Shown here piece by piece: positions 53,331 to 64,000 of a DNA stretch of 64,000 bases; within the stretch, counting starts at the first letter, position 1; every line of letters starts with the position of its first letter. The stretch is from Eledone cirrhosa (Eukaryota). The position numbers and the translations under genes are program-made. A model generated the notes under the pieces. That model was not told where the DNA came from and did not search any database. It was given only the letters and a program-made list of their open reading frames with translations. The stretch covers positions 302,808,001 through 302,872,000 of the forward strand of contig OZ024742.1 of the NCBI GenBank assembly GCA_964016885.1, read 5' to 3'.

Positions 53331-55468
53331 CACCGAGAAAGACACGGTGTTTTGGGCTACATTGCTCTGGAAAAATAAACTTCTGGGATCTGTTGTTTTA
53401 TTGGTGAGTTATGTGGTTTAATTTTTGGCTTTCACCCCCTTTCATCACCTCTAGGACGAAATCTCTAATGTAACACTTAATGTTACATAACAGCCTGGCT
53501 TTCTAACCTGCACCGTCGGTCGTATCACTCTTCCATCAATACCCACAATAGAATAAATCTCAGGGATTATTCTGCAGATTTTCATCGTCATCAAACTCTT
53601 CACATCCATACAGATCCTGTCTGACTATCTGCCATTCTGTGTCATCTAGGCTCCTACCAATTGCCTCTTACTGTGCAGTGAAACGAAGCAGGAGTCGAAA
53701 TGCACCATCACTAAAACTTTTCTTTCAGGCGAAGCCCATGTAATGCCTTTCCATGTATTTCGGAAGCAATCTATTGGTATGTGTGTGTGGAGCACATTCC
53801 TGCTTGATTCCTTCTCATGTTTGAAGACACCCCCATACGACTCCATACGCCCAATCAAGGAAGCAGACATCATCTTGTGATTTCTTTAACATTTTCAGTT
53901 GTTGACATTTTTAACACAAAACTTGACAAAACTGAAGCATATCACTTTTATGCTTTTCTTTTCATAGATATATTTCTTAAGAAAAGAGGCACATAATTTC
54001 AAGACATACTTCCCCAATGCACACACACACACAGATATACACATGCATATACACAAACACATATATATGTATGTGTGCCTCTGTGTGTATGAGCCTGTGC
54101 GCGTGAGTAGACCTGGTATAATACAGCAGCAATGTTACATATATCAATGTAACAAGGGCATCACATGGTATCCGCTTGAGTAGCTTCCTACAGCAGAGAA
54201 CGTTCACTCAAATCACACATGAAATAGATACATTAAATCATATATAGAACACAACATTACTGAAAATAAAGACGTGACAAAGTCGATGATATTTCTGTTT
54301 GAACAAGGGTTAAATAACAGATAATTAACCTAGGGTTAAATAACAGATAATTCACGTATATATATTCATGCGTAGAGAAATGTCTATGTCTACATGTAGA
54401 TACAGAAATACCGGATGACATTTATGAAGTCAGTTTATTGAGAATGTCACCATGACATACATAGCAAACCGTGCGAGTATATGTCTTCTTTAAACAGGAT
54501 GCCGTTGAATTCTCAAATAACATTTTGCCTATAATTATACAAAATTGTAGAAATACTTTCTGTAGAAAATAGATAATTTACTTTTCTCTATTAAAAAAAA
54601 AATCATATCTTAAATCAATTTTGTTTTATTCCTATTTTGTAAAATTTTCTACTTTTTACTTCATTCCTGTTCATATTCAGTTTTCAAGCTAAATTATTGT
54701 GTGTAAGGAATGCACGAGTTATTTGTTTTCCTGAAATTTCTATCAGGCAGGCAATATTTTCCTGATGTCAACTGCAAAGCTTTAGCAAAGCAGACCACAT
54801 GGCAGCTGGTTGATAATATTAAGAAATAGGTAAGATTCAAAACAATACAGTGATTCGAAGACATTGCAATAAAGAAATGGGCTATGAAGAAGGAAATTCA
54901 GAACGGCACCTACAGTGTAATTATCTGCGACTTCAGAGCAGTCTAAACGAGAATAATGCAGTCCCAAAGGCTGGTCATCAGTCATCGGAAAATCACGTGG
55001 GAGCTGCTCGAAAGAAGAAAGGAGATGTGCTTAATAACGGCAATACATCCCAGGAGGAGGCAGTTATGAGAAATAGAAATACATAAATAAAGAAATAAGA
55101 TAGAGAAATAGTTTAGCAGATAAAAGCGTGGTAAGAGGGTGGTTGGTGAAATAAATGCAAGAGAAAGAGAAACGAAGTTATGGTGGTAGTGAACAAGGAA
55201 AGAGAAGATGATTGAGAAAGAAAGACAGAAAGAAAGGGGAATGAAAAGAAGGAAAGAGAGAAGCGAACATTTCGGAAAATGTTGCAACGTGAAACAAGAA
55301 GTAAACATAATTATTGGAGGGAAAATCAAAGAAATACCAGACATGAATCGGACATTGGAAAGTCAGGGAAAAATGTAGAGTTTTTGAGGCTTTAAAGCAA
55401 GATAGTAAACTGAGAGGAATAGATTGAGATAGAGGTGAGTGGAAAGAGATGGGGAAGGGAGAGAGGAG

Positions 55469-55513
<45 letters not shown>

Positions 55514-56679
55514 TATATATACATATAAATACATATATATAGAGAGAGGGAGGTAGAGAGAGATGGAGGGGAGCAAGGAATAAGATGGATTGAGAGAGAT
55601 TTAGATGGAGGGGTGTGGAGAGAGGAACAAGAGAAAGAAATATTGAGAATGAAATATTTTATATAGAGAAAGTCAATTGAAACGGGGAGATAGAAAGTTA
55701 TTAGAATGTAGAGTTGAGTAAAAGCAGTGGGAAAATGAGAAAATCCGTTGAATAGAAAGTGAAACATAAACAAAAATAGTGAGTGAAGGAGAGTGTGAGA
55801 ATTATAAAAGAAGGACAGAGACTAATAATGTAGGAAGAGATGGGGTTACGAGTACGAAGACATGTTATAGAAGGAGAAGATTGAATACAAAGCCACAAAT
55901 ACAGGAATTTCTATATACAACTAAATACACGGATACGTGCATCCACATACATATAATACATACACACTCACTTTCACACACACACACAGACACACACACA
56001 CACACACATACATATATATATAGAGAGAGATAAAGTGAGAGTTATTAAATTAAACAAAACAAAACAAACATTGGAATGCAAAAATACAGATATATTAGGT
56101 TCACGCTTGGAGGAAGTGAAGGAGGGTTCAATGTTTCGGACACACACACACACATATATATATATATATTTAGAGTATGACAAAGTACTACAAATAGAAG
56201 TGTATAACTCAAACCGATTTCGCATGATAAAATATTCCGAACGATATGAAGAATTTATATGATTGTTTGTAAGAAATCAAAGAAACTGTGAAACAAAGGA
56301 CATTCTGGAACATATGGAAGGGACCTCCGTCGGTTCAGACGATGAGTCTTCCAACTGTTCGATAAACGGAACAGCATGTCCATGAAATTAAGGTGCAAGT
56401 GACGGAACATTCAACAGACACATATACCTTTAAATTAATTCCCAGGGAAATTCAGCATGATACAGCGACACAGTGAGTAACAAAGCTGGTCCTTTGAATT
56501 GCAAGTATAGTCCAGTCATCTGGCTTTAAAACTGTTCAAGTCTAACGAAGGCTTCAGGCTAGAACACGGGAATTAATGACTGCAAAGCGAATCTCTTACA
56601 GTATCTTTTCAAACTCACTCTTCACTTTGTTGAAGTGACTCAATTCTAGCGTGCCAGGCCAATAAGTAAAACATATATA

Positions 56680-56769
56680 CTGGGTGTTCCCCAAAGAAGT
56701 ATACATCATTCTAATAAATATTGCCTGTACAGGTAATCAAAGAGTGTATACATTTTTTGGAACATCCTG
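56680..56769. mobile_element. 90-bp Tc1/mariner-type MITE
   Basis: TA|ctgggtgttccccaaagaagtataca ... tgtatacattttttggaacatcctg|TA. Confidence 0.65.
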
Positions 56770-56792
56770 TATGTACCATGTACAAGAGTAGC

Positions 56793-57090
<298 letters not shown>

Positions 57091-57281
57091 AGATGCTTAT
57101 AGAATTGTTAGAGGCAGTTACAAAAGCACTCAATGAGGTGAGAAATTAATACATTTTCACCCAGAGTAAACACAAAAAGTTAATAAAGTGTGACACCAAG
57201 AATAAGGCAACCAAAAGCATATTGTCACAATAATACAACAACATCGATATGTACCAAAAGGTCGAACACCAATATATATAT

Positions 57282-57462
57282 ATGAATATATGTATAGTAT
57301 ATTTGGCAATATACTGTATGTTTAATTAAAAACATTTAGAAGACCATTCGCTATGAGTTTTAAATAGTGACTATGTCACTTATTAAACATATAATATATT
57401 GCCAAATATACTATACATACATTCATGTATACATCGCTATTTCAGAGCACCAATACTAATAC
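57282..57462. mobile_element. Fold-back fragment related to 27836-27938
   Basis: Arms 57282-57326 / 57382-57426; left part is the reverse complement of the sequence just downstream of the 27748 hammerhead-like motif. Confidence 0.75.
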
Positions 57463-57463
57463 C

Positions 57464-57491
<28 letters not shown>

Positions 57492-57494
<3 letters not shown>

Positions 57495-57695
57495 CGAGTA
57501 GGACTCCGACGGCTGAGCTCAAGCCGTTTCGACGGCTAATTCTGGACTAAAATTTTAGTCCAGAATTAGCCGTCGAAACGGCTTGAGCTCAGCCGTCGGG
57601 GTCCTACTCGTTCCTATTACCCACTCTACTACCCTAAGTATTGAGTACTTTGGTGCGTTATGGTCCACCTGGTTCCTTACCACATTTCCTCCGTT
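57492..57695 (+). mobile_element. Fold-back mini-element from the PLE3-family pLTR end
   Basis: Spacerless palindrome 57492-57552 / 57553-57613 (one mismatch) plus a tail matching 63061-63200. Confidence 0.92.
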
Positions 57696-57989
57696 ATATA
57701 TATAAATCGACCCAAATATGGAATAGTACTTATTTTAACTATCCGATATCATGAAAAGGAAATTGAACCACAGCGAGCTTTTAACTCACAATATAAAAGG
57801 TCGTTGATAAATAAAACAAGGCATTTTTTACCCACTGTTTTAATGATTATGTCAATCGCTGCCTCCAAGATATTACTGTAATATTAAGGAGAGTTATTTG
57901 ATGCACGCATTTTTATTAATAGTATAAATTGAGGACATATATCTGCTATCATATTTATTTTGCCTGGTGGCAGTAAATTAAGGAAACAA

Positions 57990-58029
57990 ATTTCAGTGGT
58001 GCCACAAGGCACCACTGAAATGTGTTAGT
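57990..58029 (+). other. Perfect 14-bp hairpin, probable Helitron 3' terminus
   Basis: ATTTCAGTGGTGCC-acaa-GGCACCACTGAAAT followed by gtgTTAG|T. Confidence 0.5.
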
Positions 58030-58829
58030 TATGGAATCTACTGAAACTATATATGCCTGTTTTATTCACGAATCCATTGAAGTTGCCATGCTAAAACATT
58101 GAAGTTTTAATATTAACGTCTCAAAGCATGCAACTCGGCAATATATACAACCGTATATAGACTGTTTCGTAATTTAGTCCTCTTTTGAAAATAAAATTTT
58201 ATGTACATATTTAGTTATTCATATACTAATTTCTTTATAAAAATTGTTCCTTATTTGGTTTTCTTTATTTTTTTCCTTTCTCTAATACGATTTGCTCAGA
58301 AATGCTTTTAACACCCCGCCCTGAAATAATTTCAAAGAAATTAATGACTTGAAAAATATATAACGCCAAATACTTCCTTATACTTGCAGACTAACGTTTA
58401 GAAATTGCAGAGAAAAATGAAATAAATTTTAAAACATGAAACGAAAATTGATAATAGACTTGCTGAAGTCCGAGATCTTTGTAATTAATCATGATAAATT
58501 TCTTTCTAGATTACACGAAAATGACACAGACTTCGTAGTAGATTTCGGTGAAAAGAAAATTTAAATATCCAATTAAACTCTTATGATGTACCAGACGTCA
58601 TGAATTTGCAACAAGAAACAGAAAAAAAAATTATGAATTACGATGATTGCTATAGATTTTCCACAGACTTTTATGTATTTTTCTTAACGCCTGTAAGTTT
58701 CTCTGTATAAATACACACACACACACTCGTACACACTGTATGCATACACACATACACGCGTACACACAAACACACACACATATATATATACATATATGCT
58801 ATATATATGTATATATATGTGTGTGTGTA

Positions 58830-58994
<165 letters not shown>

Positions 58995-59119
58995 GAATCC
59001 AGTTTTCCAACTGCTTTCCACTGCATATTGCACATCGAGCACCCGCTTTTAAGATTAGGCTTCTAACACCGTCACCAATCTCTCCTATCCCACTTCTATC
59101 TCCCTATTTGAGATTGGTT

Positions 59120-59387
<268 letters not shown>

Positions 59388-59420
59388 CTAGCATAGCACT
59401 CGTAATAAATACGGGGTGTA
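59388..59420 (-). mobile_element. Helitron 3' terminus (5' end not located)
   Basis: Minus strand cccgtatttattacgag hairpin then tgctatgCTAG|T into (TA)n. Confidence 0.5.
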
Positions 59421-59573
59421 TAATTAAAAAATATTTAATTTAATAACTCCTGGATTTCAGCATTCTATGTGCCGAAGTTTGAATCTCCGAGTTTTTATTG
59501 ACTTTCGTAATTTTCCGTCTGCCACCCGCCACCACCATCAATACCACCGATGAAACCTCTAACTACATACAAG

Positions 59574-59889
59574 CAGAGCCGGATTTAATGGGGGGGGGGG
59601 GGAACGAGGCAATTGCCCCGAGACCCCTGCAGTAGGGAACCTCACCAGCGACAGCCGCAGCAATTTATTTGTGCCGTTAGCTGGGCTCTTTAGTTTTAGG
59701 ATGGTTAGAATTTTTTGAATTTAATACTTCTATGTATAATCTTTCAATTGCAATTATTTGCGCCAAGCTAACTTTGTTATGTAAAATTGGGATGGGGGGG
59801 GGGGGGGTTGCTGTGTATTCTATATTTTTGTGAATGAGAGCCCACAAACCTGAAGTGCCCGGGCCCCTCATGGTCTAAATCCAACCCTG
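59574..59889. mobile_element. hAT-type MITE
   Basis: Imperfect TIRs cagagccggattta / taaatccaaccctg; decayed 8-bp TSD (catacaag / tctaccag). Confidence 0.6.
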
Positions 59890-60142
59890 TCTACCAGTCA
59901 CCACACCAACTGTATCAGAGACGCAACTTCTGAATTTATCATCTTTCACGTAAAGGACTACTAGACGTTTGGGAGGGGTGGAGGTTAGCTGTAAATCAAC
60001 GTCATTTTCATCGCCGGCTATATCTTCTACCTTCTTCCGTCCATCTAAACAATTTGGGTTTTCAGTCTGTGGCTACTGTTACCGTCACTACAGCCACCCC
60101 CTACACTTCGACCTCCAGCTCTTCCTCTCTCCCCTTCCCTTT

Positions 60143-60243
<101 letters not shown>

Positions 60244-61064
60244 ATACATTAGGGAGGGTCATATTTGTGTAATATTGCCAGAATTAATAACAGAACACAC
60301 TCACTGTTCGGTTGGTTTTCGCTTCTGTTTCTTTTATATCGGTTAATTTAATTTATTCGGTCCTCAATGTTGCCATTGCAGTCAATGACAAAAACGGTCA
60401 AAAATACAGATACAATATAGACACAAACACATATATATAGTCTATCAAAGTTCTTTCGTTGCACATCTGCAACATCAACAGTGGTGCTATTGTTTCCTCC
60501 CGTTGCATTATATTTTCTACGCCATCTTTATTTAGTCTGTTTATATATTTATTTCTTTGTTTATTTATTTATTTATTTTTATTTGTCTTCTTTGCGCATG
60601 CGTTTGCGTGTGTGTATAGTGTTTTGTTTGATTTGTGTTCGTGATTGGGTGACTGTGTATTGGTTAATGTATTCTATCTTTACTAGTGTGTGTTTATATG
60701 TGTTTGTTGTTATTGTGTTTGTGTATGTATTTATTTATTTATTTATTTATCTATTTATTTATTTATTTATACTTCTCTTAGGTCAGTGTTGTTTGTTTGG
60801 GTGTTGTTGTTATTCCATTCATTCGTTCTGTTTAGTCTTGGCCTTCTAATTTCTATTTCACTGACCTCTCTGATTTGCCTATCTGCTGGGTCATTTCTAT
60901 GTTTATATATTATTCTAATTTCTATGTTACCGTCGTGTTGTCTGGCATGTTCGAATAGTACTGACACACGATTTCATATAAAAAACCTCGCAAAACTATA
61001 TATATATATATGTAAGTATGTATGTATACGTACATACATATATGTATACAGACGTACAGTAGCA

Positions 61065-61102
<38 letters not shown>

Positions 61103-61260
61103 TATACATACAGGTACACATGCATATATGCACGCATCAGTTTAGCGGACGCTTATTATAACGCCGCTTTGTTCGTTTGTAAACAAACTGAACAGCCTGA
61201 ATTTATGCCATACGGTGTTAAGGCAACCACGTCACCTTTTTGTTCAACACTGACACAGGA

Positions 61261-61303
61261 ACGATGTACTAGTTTCAAGCTTGTTAGCTATCATCAGCAC
61301 CGT
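61261..61303 (-). ncRNA. Canonical minimal type I hammerhead, copy 1
   Basis: ACGGTG-CTGATGA-TAGCT aaca AGCTT-GAAA-CTAG-TA^CATCGT. Confidence 0.88.
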
Positions 61304-61727
61304 ATACCCATCTGCCGGATAGTTGAACGTTCGAAAGTATATACTTTCCTTAGGAAAATTAACGGCTGAGCAGCCTAATTTGCATATTGAGTGAGTTAAA
61401 TCGGTCAGGCACACCGAAAACGATAAGTTGAAATAAAATGAAAACGAAATTTCATTTCTCACTCTTAGTATGGCACTTACTTAAATGTAAGTATGTATGT
61501 ATACGTACATACATATATGTATACAGACGTACAGTAGCATGCATATATATATATATATATATACATATATATACATACAGGTACACATACATATATGCAC
61601 GCATCAGTTTAGCGGACGCTTATTATAACGCCGCTTTGTTCGTTTGTAAACAAACTGAACAGCTTGAATGTATGGCATACGGTGTTAAGGCAACCACGTC
61701 ACCTTTTTGTTCAACACTGACACAGGA

Positions 61728-61770
61728 ACGATGTACTAGTTTCAAGCTTGTTAGCTATCATCAGCACCGT
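61728..61770 (-). ncRNA. Canonical minimal type I hammerhead, copy 2
   Basis: Identical to copy 1, offset by 467 nt. Confidence 0.88.
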
Positions 61771-63015
61771 ATACCCATCTGCCAGATAGTTGAACGTTCG
61801 AAAGTATATACTTTCCTTATGAAAATTAACGGCTGAGCAGCCTAATTCAAACCAGCTGCTATAAAAAGCGGAGTCCGCCAAATCTATCATAGACTAGGGG
61901 AGGGGGTGGGGGTACTGAGGCTACAAGGGGCCAAAGGGCAACCTCGGGTGGGCGAGAAAAAACGCCGACAAAGAAGACGAGCTGGGGTAGAAGGACTAAG
62001 GAGGGATGGGGGGAAGAAGGAAATAAAGGAAGCGATAAAAGAATAAAAAGATCTTACGTCTCCCTTGGCAAGCAGGGGTTACCCATTGCAAAATCGGCAA
62101 GAGGTGTTATAGTCCTAGTCTACCGCCCCCCTCCCCTAGTCTAGGATAGATTTGGCGGACCCCGCTTTTTATAGCAGCTGGTTTAGACCCCGGATACTTG
62201 CCCCCTTTTTCCGACCGCTCCCACTATTTTCCGTGCCTTCTATATTTCTTAGTGACATTTATGCCTTATTTTCTCGTTTCAGTTTTTCTTTCTTCGCTTT
62301 TCTTTTGGGCGGGGTGGATTCTGAATTTATTTTTCCGTATTCTACCTTTACTTCGTACGAACTTTCATGTAGCTTGTATAAGACCTTTTAGAGTTAGCAT
62401 TAGTATATATTTTTTTCGGGACTCAGAATTATTATCTCGTACTAGTTTACTTTGCTGCACTGGGTGGTTGCTGGCATTGTGCCCGGGATAGAAACCTTTA
62501 TTATTTATTTCGTGGTAGTCTCTTTAGTATTTTGGCACCATTTGTTGACCCGTCACCGTATGATTTACGTACTTATACCTCTTAAAAGGGTCCTTGCCTA
62601 TTCCGTCCCACCTAGTTCATTTACTTATTTCGTTATTTCTTTATTTTTTTCTTTACTTCTTTCTTTCTTTATTTATTTATTTATCTAGCCTAACAATAGC
62701 TAGAGACTTAGGTCGTAGAACTTGCTTTACTTTTTTCTTTACACTTATTCGCTTTTCTTCACTCTCAGTATTTTTTCTTTCATATATATTTTTACCCCTC
62801 ATTGTTCTAACTACCGTTCCGACTTCCTCCCCCTCCCCAGTATATTCTTTGACCTCATGCCCAGCTGTAGCTGGCACTACCAACGCTTGATTGAGTCTAC
62901 TCCACCCCCTCCCCTCTTTCTCCTACTGGCAGGTTTAGCCACCATCTCCCCTACTAATTTGCAATCACAGAATTACTACTGACTTTTGACAATCACTTTA
63001 ACCATATATGGAATT

Positions 63016-63109
63016 ACCCCTTGAGAAGATCGGCTATTTAAATACCAGGATAAATTTTCATTTAGTCCAGAATTAGCCGTCGAAACGGCTTGAGCTCAGC
63101 CGTCGGGGT
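63016..63109 (+). ncRNA. Type I hammerhead with U3-A8 core and full stem III
   Basis: ACCCC-TTGAGAA-GATCGGCTA..TAGCCGTC-GAAA-CGGCT tgagctc AGCCG-TC^GGGGT. Confidence 0.8.
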
Positions 63110-63293
63110 CTTACTGGTTCCTATTACCCACTCTACACCCCAAGTATTGAGTACTTTGGTGCGTTATGGTCCACCTGGTTCCTTACCACATTTCCTTCGT
63201 TATCTAGCTCCTATTCCCGTAGTAGAGCACTTTCCGACCTTACCACGCCGTATCCAGACTTTTCCGCTAAGCTCAATTCCTTTCACCCGCACC

Positions 63294-64000
63294 ATGCGAT
63301 AACACAACATTGACTTCTCTACCAAGAACATCCCAATCCCACCGAAAAAACTGTACCTTCGGATGCTCACGCAAAAAATCGATCTATTTGCGAAAAGACT
63401 TAGATGGAGAACTTTTTTCTATGACAGATATTGCGACAACCAGGACTTCGGCACCAAGGAGAGATTCGGATTTATTACCTACAAATTTCCGCCCCCGAAC
63501 CCCTTGCTCTCACCCTTCGAGAATGACCTCTTCCAACTGGTCAAGAACATTAAATTTAAACCCAGACACAACCGATTCTTACAAAAACTCCGTAGCAACT
63601 TAACAGAGTATGATAACACCAATGACATCATGGTGCATTCGGATAAAACTGGGAACCTATACTTTGTCAACCCTGACAGATACCACACACTGATCAGGAG
63701 CAGCCTAAACTCCACCTATAAAAAGGCCAACCACTCTTGCATCGAGGACATAAATCGAGATGGACAACAAATTACCTCCAGCCTCGGGGTCGCCGACCGC
63801 ACGGAACCTCTAGACCCACGGACACCATACTTCACACTGAAGGACCATAAATCCGATTTTGACCGTAAACCCTCTATCAGGCTTATTAACCCAACGAAGT
63901 CCGACATAGGGAGAATCAGCAAAAAAATCCTAGACCGCGTGATACCAAAAGTCAAGCAACACGCCCGACTTAGCCTATGGATCAACACCCAGGAAGTAAT
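63294..64000 (+). pseudogene. N-terminal part of a Penelope-like RT (stop at codon 3, otherwise open to the window end)
   Basis: MR*HNIDFSTKNIPIPPKKLYLRML..KRLRWR..PFENDL..HSDKTGNLY..YFTLKDHK..RLINPTKSDIG; colinear with PLE1; absent from the ORF track. Confidence 0.88.

Larger units (their letters stand above)
61010..61847 (-). mobile_element. Tandem ~470-bp hammerhead-containing repeat (non-LTR retrozyme-like)
   Basis: 61010-61380 is repeated at 61485-61847 with few differences; each copy carries a minimal HHR; no credible ORF. Confidence 0.82.
61849..64000 (+). mobile_element. Penelope-like element PLE3 (inverted segment + 5' pLTR + ORF running off the window)
   Basis: 61849-61910 is inverted relative to 62123-62184; pLTR ends ~63200, as defined by the solo copies; ORF is homologous to PLE1. 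Confidence 0.85.

Noticed and set aside
53560-53880. Possible transposase or exon remnant on the minus strand
   Set aside because: No diagnostic motif could be identified.

Overview
AT-rich, microsatellite-dense animal genomic DNA, probably an octopus (inferred only from recognising its SINE families). No host protein-coding gene can be supported; almost all ORF-track entries are translated microsatellites. The window is a nest of retroelements: a nearly intact, 5'-truncated R4/Dong-type restriction-like-endonuclease (RLE) LINE sitting inside a (TATG)n tract; RTE-derived non-autonomous elements with a strongly covarying 5' RNA structure; three Penelope-like elements (RT + GIY-YIG); and fragments of Tx1, RTE, Tc1/mariner, hAT and Helitron elements. 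There are also many tRNA-derived SINEs and a 4.4 kb (GGT)-derived repeat. The main signal, found by hand-folding, is an unusually dense set of about 15 complete or decayed type I hammerhead ribozyme (HHR) motifs. They include: (i) a tandem ~467-nt retrozyme-like repeat with two canonical minimal HHRs, fused to the inverted end of a Penelope element; (ii) at least three unrelated families with a compensatory U3-A8 core (UUGANAA); and (iii) fold-back palindromic mini-elements built from Penelope pseudo-LTR (pLTR) ends inserted in (TA)n. All structures are manual predictions, not computed or tested.
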